32,000 nt of DNA from Candidatus Iainarchaeum sp. (GTDB lineage: Archaea; Iainarchaeota; Iainarchaeia; Iainarchaeales; JACQJH01). Positions 21,386 to 29,331 of this stretch are shown piece after piece. The notes beneath the pieces were generated by a model, which had not been told where the DNA came from, searched no databases, and saw only the letters and a list, made by a program, of their open reading frames with translations. Every line of letters begins with the position of its first letter. The stretch's first letter is position 1. A program made the translations under genes and the position numbers. The DNA is taken from contig JACQJH010000001.1 of NCBI GenBank assembly GCA_016205145.1, positions 270,001 to 302,000 of the forward strand. The letters are read 5' to 3'.

Positions 21386-24300
21386 TTATTTGGGCGCGGC
21401 CGGGGCGGTCGTGCCGCCCGTTGCAGGTGGCGTTGTTTTCGGAGCGCTTGACCCTGCCGGCTGCTGTGCCCCTGTTTGCGTTCCGGCCTGCGTGTTCGCC
21501 GCGGTTTGCGTTTCTTCTATCTGCGCCCGTTCCGGCAGCGTCTTGTTCCACGCAATCTTCAGCCTTGTCTTTGTGGCCTGCACTACGCAGGCTTCGCCGC
21601 TTGCAATCTTGTCGATGACTGCCTTGATTGACGCGTCCTCTGCCTGGCCTTTTTCGTTCACCCTTATCTGGCGCGGGTTCGTGAACTGGTATTCTTTTCC
21701 GATCGTTGCAAGGCTGTTGTCTGCCGTGCCGGCCGCGGTTGCCTGCGCCGCCGCACAGTACAGCCTGAACAGGAATTCCTTGTTCCACGGCACGAAAACG
21801 AATGATGTCAGTATGGGTGTGCTGTTGTCTGTTTCAATCGAATGGTTTTTCGCGCTGCCTGATGCGTTCGAGCAGTACTGTGAAACGTCCTGCGTTACGG
21901 CGTCTGCAACCGGCTTCCGGCCGCCGAACCAGGTCAGGAGGTTTTCGCTTTCCACTTCCTGCGTTCCGTCGAACAGTTCGTAGAACGCCTTGCCCTTTCC
22001 TTTTTCCGGCACGACTTCCAGCTGCAGTTCCGTGTCGACGGAGGGATTGAACTTGAAGTCCGTCGAGCTTATGTCAATGAGCACGCCGTCCTTTGTGTCC
22101 GCAAACGCGCTTCCGAGCCTGCCTTTGAGGCTTTTCAGGCCGCCGCTTCCGCTGAAAACATTCACCAGGCTGTCGGCGCTGTTGAAGACAAGCCGTATCG
22201 GGCTTCCGGCGCCTTTCACGCTTGTTCCATAGCCGGTGCGCCTGTTGCCGCCCAATTTTCCGTCGAACGGCAGCCTGAGCAGCAGGTTGTTTGCCGCGAA
22301 TTTGCCTGATGACGTGTCGATTTCCTCGATGCTTTGCAGTTTTGTCAGTTCGACGGTTACTGTCCTGGCGGTCCAATCGTAGTTGATGAATTGCCCGTGC
22401 CTGCCGGTTTCAATGTTCGTGTTCGGCAATTCTATGCCCTCGGCGCTTAATGTCTTGAAGTTCCACCTGCTGCCCGCCGGCTTCACATTCATGCCCGTTG
22501 TTTCGGCGGCGTATTCCGACGCGAAGTCGTCGACAAGGCCCTGGCTGTAGCCGTCCGCTATGAGGTTTGTTTCCGTGTCAATGTTTTCGTAGTAGAGCTT
22601 CCACAGGTCCGAGAACTGCATAAGCCACAGCCTGTCCTCTTCGGAAATTTTTTCGTTGTTCCTTATGCCGATCCTGAATGAAATGTTTTTGAGCAGGCGC
22701 TGCAGGAACCTGTAGTCGATGTTTTTGCCGTCGACCGTCACCTGGGCTATTGTGGCGGCATTTCCGACCTTTTCCCTGATTTTCTGGTGGAATGCCTTGA
22801 ACTCGTTGAATGTTGCGACGTAAGTCGGGAATTTTGCCGGGGGCTTGTCGGCCTTGAGCACGCTTTCCAGTATGGCATTGTCTTCCTCTGTGAGGCCGAT
22901 GGTTTCTATTTCCGCGACAATGTTGTCCTTCCTTTCCGGGGCATTCTTTTCGATTTCGCGTATGAGCGTTTCCATTATGCCAAGGTATGTGAGCGCATTG
23001 CCCACTGTCGGCGGGTCGAGCTTGTCAAGCTGGCTTTTCGCGTCGGAAACCTCGGCGGGAAGCCTTGACCTGCTTTCAAGTATTGTGCCGCCGCTGCCCA
23101 CAAAGAAGACAAGCTTTTTTGCCGGCGACACGGCATTGTCAGTGACCGGTCTCTGCCTGACGCTGAACCTGAACAGGTTTTTCGTGTTTGTTTGCAGGCA
23201 AATGCCTGAAGTTTCGCCGATGCAGCCGTTTTTCTGCAGGCTGCCGATGGCCTTCTCTATTTCCTTCTGCTTTTTGGTCAATGAAACCATGTTCTGGACA
23301 GCATCGCAGAAGTTCTGGCCCGCGCCGGTATTCCATGTTTCAGTGCCGACTTTTTTCGGGACGTCGCACACGTTTTTCTTGACTGCGCCGAAACTCCAGT
23401 CGAACAAAAGCCTGTTGAAATATGCTTCAGTGTAATATGCGTCGCCGGTGTGCGCGCCTTCGATTTGCTGCGAGCATGCGAAGTAGTCTTTCTTTGCAAG
23501 CAGGCCTCCGCCCGGCGGAGTGGGTGTGGGAGTTTCCTCTCCAGTGGGCTTTCCTTCCACTGGCGTTGTCGCGCATGTTTCAAAGAATTCTTCCGTTATG
23601 TCTTCCGGCTGCACTGATTCGTGCAGTACCCTTACGATTGCCGGCAGTCCGACACCCTGCGTTTCGGGCACCTGCACCCTTGTGAGTTTTGCCTGGACCG
23701 GCTTTTCGACGTCGGCGCAAAGCGTTTTCAGGCCGCTCCTGTCAATGAACATTGTGATGTTGTGCTTGTCGTCCGTTATCGCGAATGACAATGCAAGGCC
23801 TGTCTTGGAGTCCCTCCAAGTCAACGGCCTTATATCGCTTAGCCTGTCGATTGTGCCGCAGCCGTTCGGGTGCTGGGCGTCCTTGATTATCAGGACCTGG
23901 TTCCTTTTTTCAGGCGTGAACTGGAAGACCTTGCCGTTGCCCTTGTCGAATTCCTCCTGTGGAATGACGCCGAGGGAATGCCCGAGGTTTATGTAGTATT
24001 GTTTGGTGTTGAGCGCGTCCTTGTTTATGCAGTTCTGGAAATTCTTTTCATCCGAACCCGGCTCTTCCAGCGCATCCAGGAATTCGCCTGCCGCGAACTT
24101 GTCCTCAAGCACCCTGAAATAGCTTTCCGTCCTCTCGCTTCCAAGCTGGTCGAAGAACGTTACCTTCGCGTCTGCCCTCACTTCTATCCTGTAGAATCCT
24201 GTCTGCAGGAACAGCCTGAGCTGGCCGAGCTGCCTGAAAGTCTGGCCTTTGAGCATCAATATTGCCTGTTTCCTGTAGCTTATGTCCGGCTTTATTTCGA

Positions 24301-27300
24301 ATTGGAGTTCCTGGGTTGTCCTGTTGTTCGGGCCCATTTTCCTGGCTTCGTCTATGAAATAAATCTGGCTGACAAGCGGGCATTTGCCTTCGTCGGGCTG
24401 CTGCACGGCTTCCTGCTGGCCGGTCTGCTTGTTTGTCTGCGTCTGGGTTGCCTGTCCGGTTGTTGCCTCACTCGGCACGTCGCAGATGAATGACAATGCT
24501 GATTCGTCTGTCGGCACCCTTATGCCCATGTCGTAGCAGTAATTGATTATCTGCACCTTGACCGGCGTGCCGAAGAATCCGGAAAAGTCTATCTTGTTCG
24601 GCGGCATGAGCTTGAGGCAGTCGCGCGCCTGCGCGGAAATGTCTCCTTGCGGCCTGGTGAAAATCTCGACATCCTGCACTTTCACGAACCTGTCCTCGGT
24701 TTCCGCGTTCCTCGCCTTCACTTCTATGTTGAACCTGCCGAAAGTGTAGCCGGCCTGCACCTTCAAATCCTTTGAATCGTCTTTCGACACGACAAACGAT
24801 GATTCCGGCACCTGTATTTCGGCGTCCGCTTCAAGCTTTATTTCAACGTCGTTTCCGCAGTTGTTGGTTATCCTGAACCTGTCCGAGCCGAAGGGATTTA
24901 TTCCATAATTGAAGGAATTCGAGAAAGCCTGATTCACTGGCGTTCCGCCGTAGAATGCCCCGCCGTACATGCTTGAAGGGTATGCTCCGACAGGATACGG
25001 CGAGTAGGCCTGCGTTCCGCCGTATGCCCCGGTTGCGTTCGGCGAACTTGCGCTTGTGGTGCTGAAAGTGTTGTAGCCGTACGCATACTGGCTTGCAGGA
25101 TAGGGCGTCTGGTAGCCTGCCCCTGACTGGTAACCATATCCGGCGCCCAATGCGCCTGAATAGGCGTTCGGGTTGTAGCCGTAGCCCTGGTAAATGCCAT
25201 AACCGAGGTTTGGCGGGGAAGCGATTATCTGCAACTGTGTCGGCTGGACTTTCACGCACTTCGCGAGATTGCTGATTCCCGCGTCAACGGAGAGCACAGA
25301 ATAAATCTGTTCCGTGCCGTTTTCCGTTGGATTGGATGCCCTCAATATTATTTTCGGCGACGCGCTTGCCGAACTGATCTTTTCGTTCGGCTGGAACGCA
25401 AGCTTTATTTCCACGGCCGAGTTTTTCTGCATGTTCGCAAAAACCGTCTGGAACTTTTCGTCCAGGGGAATGCTTATCCTGCCGAAGCCTTCCTGTTCAG
25501 TGTAGCCTGTCGGGCTTTCGGCGTCAAGCCTGAACGTTCCAATCTCGTCCTGGTTTTCCCATGAAACTTTTGCGGAAACATTCTTGAGGTCGATTGCCTG
25601 CTGCTCCACTTTGCAGTTGTTTGTCACGGTGACAGTGAGAGTTTTCTGCTCGCCTGCCGTTGAAATTTTCCAGCTGTTAGGGTCGACTGCAAGGCAGGTT
25701 GCGCTGTCAACGGTTTTGCCCAGGCTGATCCTGACTTCGATCGGCACGGCCTGGACCCATCTTTTTCCGAGGTCCTTGTTTGCGAGATAGATTGACATTG
25801 CGCCTGAAACCACTGTATTCTTTGTCAGGCCATAGGCTGCGTCGGCCAGTTCGATTGAAATGGAAATGTTGGAATCCTGGTCCGGCAGGAACAGTGTCTT
25901 CTTGTAGTCCTTGCCCGGCTTGACAATAAGGTACTGCGACAGGCCAGCGGAAAACTGGATGTCTTCGACTTCAAGCGGAATCTTTGTGAAATTCTCCACA
26001 AGCACGGTCGGCTCCGCTGACGGCATCTTTGTGAGGTTGAGTTCCTGCTTTATTTCAGGCGGCGAAATCCTCAGCAATTGGCCGGAAACCGTGAGTTCGG
26101 TTTGAGCCGGCCTGTAGCCCTGCTTTTGCGCTGTTATCGTGATTTTGTCGTTCGCGTTCGGTGATGGCAGCAGGGCATCAATTGTCCCGTTCCTGTCGGT
26201 TTGGCCTATCGCAATTGTTTTGCCGTTGCTTGCCACGCCGACAACCGCGTTTTCTATGGGCGCATTGTCCTCGCCTGAAACCTTCACAAGCAGCTGGTTG
26301 TCAATGAATGGCACGAGCTGCTTCGGCAGGACATCGATGTTCAATGTTTTCGCTTCCGGAACATTGACGATTATCGTTTCGCGCAGTATCTCCGCGTTGT
26401 CGGATGATTTGATGATGAGGATTATCGCATTGTCCCCCTCGCTTTTCGTAGAGAACCTGACTTTGCCGCTGACAACCGAATCCTGCTGCAATGTTCCGAT
26501 TCCGTTTTCAATGTCCGATTGCGCGGTTCCGGTGAACGCCTGTCCGAAAGCGTCGGTTATCGAATAATCGCCGAGTTCGAGGCCTTCGCCCGAAATGACC
26601 ATGCCGGAGTTCGCATAGGTCTGCCTTGAAATGCTTGAAACCGTGAAGCTGAACTCGTATTCGGTTGAAAGCTTCGCTGAATAACTGTCAATGACCTGCA
26701 CCTTGGATTTTTCCGCAAGGTCTTCCATGAAAAGCGTTTTGCAGAAACTCTGGTTGCAGAGGTTTGTTGGCCCGACGCTCAGCACTTTCTGCTTTGCGTT
26801 CGCGTACAATGCAAGCTTTTCCGCGGAGTTCAGGCTTTCTCCAAGTTCCTTGTCGACCGGGTCCCTGATGATTGATCCCCTGACACCATAGCCGCGGTAC
26901 CAGAATTCAAGCAAATCGCCTTGTGCCGCGGTCGAGCTTACCAGCAGTTCGACGTTCGCCTCGTAGACGCCGCTTTCGGCATTGCGCCAGACAACGTTCG
27001 CCCATTTCGCGTCGCCGGTCGTGATTTTTCCGGCGTCGGTTGCCTCGCCTTTCGGCGGAGTGTACGACGTGCCCCTGACTGTCGTGCCGGCTGTTTCAAC
27101 GCCTGAAATCAGTATGCTGTCCTCTTCCATTATGTTCTGCCTGCCGGCAATGCTTTTTCCGGTGCGCACGTGCAGGCCGGCTTCGCTGTAGCCTGAGCCT
27201 TTGGGCACGAGCAATTGGACTTTTGCAATGTATCTTTGCCCGGGCACGATGTTGGATTCCGAGCTTTCGTTGTCAAGCGTGAAAATTCCCGCGACATTCG

Positions 27301-29131
27301 CCTGCAAGGCTGGAACGCTTTTCACCATTGTGACGGTTTTCTGCACCGTGACTCCGGCAAGCGGCTTTATCGGCACGGTATTGTATTTCAGATAGTTTTC
27401 GGCTTCAACTGAAATGAACGGCTTTTTGTCAAGGCGCACGCTGGCCGTTGCTTCGCCCGCGCTGTCAGTCTGCGATTCCTCGAGCGTTGCCCCGGTTTCA
27501 AGGTCAATTGCCTTCACTGCCGCGTCCGGCAAAGGCTGGCCCTGGCCGTCCAAAACTTTGACGAGAATGTCGCCGAAGCCGATGTCAAGCGTTATCTGGG
27601 TCTGCGCGGGCTGCCTTGCCTCGATTGTTATCGGCGAAGAGTTTTTCGGCTCAAAGCCTGCCTTCACAGCTTCGACGAAATACGTGCCCGGCTCGATCCT
27701 TGCGAACGAAACGGTTCCATTCGAGCCCGTCACAAGCGGTTTTCCCGCCGGCGAACCGTCGTTCCTTTTGAGAGTTGCCTTCACGTTGTCCACCGGCTGG
27801 CCCGTGCTGTCGACTATGCTGACTGAAAGCGAACCCGAATTGGTTTCCGTTGCCTTCTGCAGTTTGACTTCGATTGTCTGGTCGGATGGCTTCACGTTGC
27901 TGAGGCTTTTCAGAATGTATTCGGGGTGGTCAAGCTCTATATAGTATGAAACGTTTTCCGAAACATTGATGGTTGCCTTTCCGTCGCTTCCGGTTTTTGT
28001 CGTGCCAAGCACCGGCTCGGAAGCGCTTTTCTTGAGCCTCACGTTCACGTTCTGCACCGGCTCGTTCGTTGCGGAATCCTTTACAATCAATGAAATTGTG
28101 CCGGCAACGCTGCGCTTCATCACGACGTCAAAGCTTATCGACTGGTTTGGCAGCAATGGCTTTGCGTCGCCTGAAGGCGTCTGGTTTGCCTGAAGGTAGG
28201 TTCCCTGCGGGTCGAATGCAGTTATATAATATGTTCCCGGTGGCACGCTGGCGAAAGAATATGTTCCGGCTGTGGAAGTGTAGCCTTCCTGTATGGCAAA
28301 GTTGCCTTCGGTCTCGCTTGTGAGCGAGAGCCTTATGCCTGCGATGGCGCCGCCGTTTTCATTCCTGGCGAAAACATTGACTGTGCCTGTTGCCGGCTCT
28401 TCGGCCTGCAACTGGATTCTTGGCGCGGGGTCTGACATGCTTATGCTTGCGTTGCTGCCCGAATATTTTCCAAGCGGGTCGACAAGAAGGATGCCGCAGT
28501 CGCTTGGCACATTGGGAACGTCGATGACGCCGGTCTGCGTTGACAATTGCGTGTTGAACGCGGAGTTGCCGGAGCAGGAAAATCTTGCGGTGATTGTTTC
28601 GCCTGAAACCAGTTCGTTGGTGTTTGCGTTGACGAACTGCACGGTTTTCGTTGAAGTCGTCACCTTGCTTTGCAGGCTGATAGTTTTTTCGGAAGAACCG
28701 TCAAATGTTATTGATTCCCTGCCGTCATTGTAGCCGGGCTGTGAGGCGCTTACAACAACGGTTGCGCCGCGCCTGCCTTTCAGCGCGTATTCCCCGGCAT
28801 CATTTGTTGTTCCGGTGGTTTCACCGACAGCACCGTTCTGCCATTCAAAGTTCAGGGTTGCGCCGGCAATGCCTTCTCCGGACTGCGCGTCAAGGAGTTT
28901 TATCGTGGTTGTTTCCTGCGGTGAAACCGCGGGGAGAACCAAAAACCAGCCGATCAGGCCGAGTATGAGAAGCAAAAGGATTATTGCGATGGGGAAGCTT
29001 GGTATGCCGTTTTTTTCAAGCGCGTCAACCGCGGAATAGACCGGAACGCCCTTGTTGTCAAGCCAGTCAAGGAAGCCATAGTATTTTTCTTCAAGGTGAA
29101 TGTAAAATTCCTTCAAGCCCATCGGATTCAC
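21386..29131 (-). CDS. Giant membrane-anchored surface protein, paralogue 3 (2581 aa)
   Basis: Uninterrupted 7.75-kb ORF. The track start is GTG 29131; ATG 29122 gives MGLKEFYIHLEEKYYGFLDWLDNKGVPVYSAVDALEKNGIPSF followed by the TM helix PIAIILLLLILGLIGWFLV. It has about 6 beta-sandwich repeats, a shared middle region (AGLHVRTGK, EFWYRGYGV, NLCNQSFC, C...NNC pairs) and a ~105-aa Tyr/Gly-rich low-complexity hinge. The divergent C-terminal module includes NFCDAVQNMVSL, LIADGYSQGLVDDFASEY and LRLPFDGKLGGNRRTGYG. The tail is T/P/A/Q-rich. Confidence 0.97.
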   Translation of the reverse strand: MNPMGLKEFYIHLEEKYYGFLDWLDNKGVPVYSAVDALEKNGIPSFPIAIILLLLILGLIGWFLVLPAVSPQETTTIKLLDAQSGEGIAGATLNFEWQNGAVGETTGTTNDAGEYALKGRRGATVVVSASQPGYNDGRESITFDGSSEKTISLQSKVTTSTKTVQFVNANTNELVSGETITARFSCSGNSAFNTQLSTQTGVIDVPNVPSDCGILLVDPLGKYSGSNASISMSDPAPRIQLQAEEPATGTVNVFARNENGGAIAGIRLSLTSETEGNFAIQEGYTSTAGTYSFASVPPGTYYITAFDPQGTYLQANQTPSGDAKPLLPNQSISFDVVMKRSVAGTISLIVKDSATNEPVQNVNVRLKKSASEPVLGTTKTGSDGKATINVSENVSYYIELDHPEYILKSLSNVKPSDQTIEVKLQKATETNSGSLSVSIVDSTGQPVDNVKATLKRNDGSPAGKPLVTGSNGTVSFARIEPGTYFVEAVKAGFEPKNSSPITIEARQPAQTQITLDIGFGDILVKVLDGQGQPLPDAAVKAIDLETGATLEESQTDSAGEATASVRLDKKPFISVEAENYLKYNTVPIKPLAGVTVQKTVTMVKSVPALQANVAGIFTLDNESSESNIVPGQRYIAKVQLLVPKGSGYSEAGLHVRTGKSIAGRQNIMEEDSILISGVETAGTTVRGTSYTPPKGEATDAGKITTGDAKWANVVWRNAESGVYEANVELLVSSTAAQGDLLEFWYRGYGVRGSIIRDPVDKELGESLNSAEKLALYANAKQKVLSVGPTNLCNQSFCKTLFMEDLAEKSKVQVIDSYSAKLSTEYEFSFTVSSISRQTYANSGMVISGEGLELGDYSITDAFGQAFTGTAQSDIENGIGTLQQDSVVSGKVRFSTKSEGDNAIILIIKSSDNAEILRETIIVNVPEAKTLNIDVLPKQLVPFIDNQLLVKVSGEDNAPIENAVVGVASNGKTIAIGQTDRNGTIDALLPSPNANDKITITAQKQGYRPAQTELTVSGQLLRISPPEIKQELNLTKMPSAEPTVLVENFTKIPLEVEDIQFSAGLSQYLIVKPGKDYKKTLFLPDQDSNISISIELADAAYGLTKNTVVSGAMSIYLANKDLGKRWVQAVPIEVRISLGKTVDSATCLAVDPNSWKISTAGEQKTLTVTVTNNCKVEQQAIDLKNVSAKVSWENQDEIGTFRLDAESPTGYTEQEGFGRISIPLDEKFQTVFANMQKNSAVEIKLAFQPNEKISSASASPKIILRASNPTENGTEQIYSVLSVDAGISNLAKCVKVQPTQLQIIASPPNLGYGIYQGYGYNPNAYSGALGAGYGYQSGAGYQTPYPASQYAYGYNTFSTTSASSPNATGAYGGTQAYSPYPVGAYPSSMYGGAFYGGTPVNQAFSNSFNYGINPFGSDRFRITNNCGNDVEIKLEADAEIQVPESSFVVSKDDSKDLKVQAGYTFGRFNIEVKARNAETEDRFVKVQDVEIFTRPQGDISAQARDCLKLMPPNKIDFSGFFGTPVKVQIINYCYDMGIRVPTDESALSFICDVPSEATTGQATQTQTNKQTGQQEAVQQPDEGKCPLVSQIYFIDEARKMGPNNRTTQELQFEIKPDISYRKQAILMLKGQTFRQLGQLRLFLQTGFYRIEVRADAKVTFFDQLGSERTESYFRVLEDKFAAGEFLDALEEPGSDEKNFQNCINKDALNTKQYYINLGHSLGVIPQEEFDKGNGKVFQFTPEKRNQVLIIKDAQHPNGCGTIDRLSDIRPLTWRDSKTGLALSFAITDDKHNITMFIDRSGLKTLCADVEKPVQAKLTRVQVPETQGVGLPAIVRVLHESVQPEDITEEFFETCATTPVEGKPTGEETPTPTPPGGGLLAKKDYFACSQQIEGAHTGDAYYTEAYFNRLLFDWSFGAVKKNVCDVPKKVGTETWNTGAGQNFCDAVQNMVSLTKKQKEIEKAIGSLQKNGCIGETSGICLQTNTKNLFRFSVRQRPVTDNAVSPAKKLVFFVGSGGTILESRSRLPAEVSDAKSQLDKLDPPTVGNALTYLGIMETLIREIEKNAPERKDNIVAEIETIGLTEEDNAILESVLKADKPPAKFPTYVATFNEFKAFHQKIREKVGNAATIAQVTVDGKNIDYRFLQRLLKNISFRIGIRNNEKISEEDRLWLMQFSDLWKLYYENIDTETNLIADGYSQGLVDDFASEYAAETTGMNVKPAGSRWNFKTLSAEGIELPNTNIETGRHGQFINYDWTARTVTVELTKLQSIEEIDTSSGKFAANNLLLRLPFDGKLGGNRRTGYGTSVKGAGSPIRLVFNSADSLVNVFSGSGGLKSLKGRLGSAFADTKDGVLIDISSTDFKFNPSVDTELQLEVVPEKGKGKAFYELFDGTQEVESENLLTWFGGRKPVADAVTQDVSQYCSNASGSAKNHSIETDNSTPILTSFVFVPWNKEFLFRLYCAAAQATAAGTADNSLATIGKEYQFTNPRQIRVNEKGQAEDASIKAVIDKIASGEACVVQATKTRLKIAWNKTLPERAQIEETQTAANTQAGTQTGAQQPAGSSAPKTTPPATGGTTAPAAPK
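21389..24890 (-). other. C-terminal module of giant 3, a divergent and longer version of the module in giants 1 and 2
   Basis: Same order of recognisable motifs as in giants 1 and 2, but with much lower identity and extra segments such as a Q/T-rich stretch TGQATQTQTNKQTGQQEAVQQ. Confidence 0.5.
24890..25220 (-). other. Tyr/Gly/Ala/Ser/Pro low-complexity hinge of giant 3
   Basis: PPNLGYGIYQGYGYNPNAYSGALGAGYGYQSGAGYQTPYPASQYAYGYNTFSTTSASSPNATGAYGGTQAYSPYPVGAYPSSMYGGAFYGGTPV. There are no charged residues over about 100 aa. Confidence 0.8.
27340..28915 (-). repeat. Intragenic tandem array of carboxypeptidase-regulatory-like/Ig-like beta-sandwich domains (giant 3)
   Basis: Examples: GTVNVFARNENGGAIAGIRLSLTSE...GTYSFASVPPGTYYITAFDPQG, GTISLIVKDSATNEPVQNVNVRLKK, GSLSVSIVDSTGQPVDNVKATLKRNDG...GTVSFARIEPGTYFVEAVKAGF, GDILVKVLDGQGQPLPDAAVKAIDLETG. 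Confidence 0.65.
28922..29131 (-). other. Conserved N-terminal box plus signal-anchor TM (giant 3)
   Basis: See the alignment in findings. Confidence 0.7.
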
Positions 29132-29159
29132 TTGTTCACTCTATCTGCGCAGTTGGCCA

Positions 29160-29167
29160 TATTATTT
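29160..29167 (-). promoter_or_regulatory. Candidate TATA-like box (AATAATAT on the minus strand) upstream of giant 3
   Basis: It ends 28 nt before GTG 29131 and 37 nt before ATG 29122. Other AT-rich candidates are at about 29180-29188 and 29252-29259 (TTTAAATA). I cannot choose between them from sequence alone. Confidence 0.3.
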
Positions 29168-29331
29168 CCTGCTTTTCAATATATTAAGCTTTCCATGCAA
29201 AGCCGCCCGGCCGGACCAATTTCTCTTTTGATTATGTTAAAAGTGTTATGATATTTAAATGCTTTTTGTTGCGCGTTTGCGGTCAGGATATTTTTTTTGC
29301 CGGTTTTTTTTGCCCGCCTGGAAACTTTTTT

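Noticed and set aside
21386-21520. C-terminal sorting signals (PGF-CTERM or PEF-CTERM archaeosortase tags, LPXTG) on the giants
   Set aside because: None of the three C-termini ends in a hydrophobic helix plus basic tail. Giant 3 ends in a soluble T/P/A/Q-rich tail (..PATGGTTAPAAPK), giant 1 in ..SAGNTCIS and giant 2 in ..KTGPRELP. Anchoring appears to be N-terminal.
3368-29131. Dozens of 60-270 aa ORFs on the plus strand or in alternative minus frames inside the giant genes, e.g. 4199-4840, 8471-9289, 11826-12485, 14869-15693, 19105-19812, 22845-23435, 23870-24493
   Set aside because: All are fully embedded in uninterrupted 7.5-9.8 kb ORFs whose products show conserved paralogous motifs and known domain signatures. 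The embedded ORFs have Arg/Cys/Ser/Phe-biased shadow-frame composition, many start at non-ATG codons, and they lack upstream promoter-like sequence.
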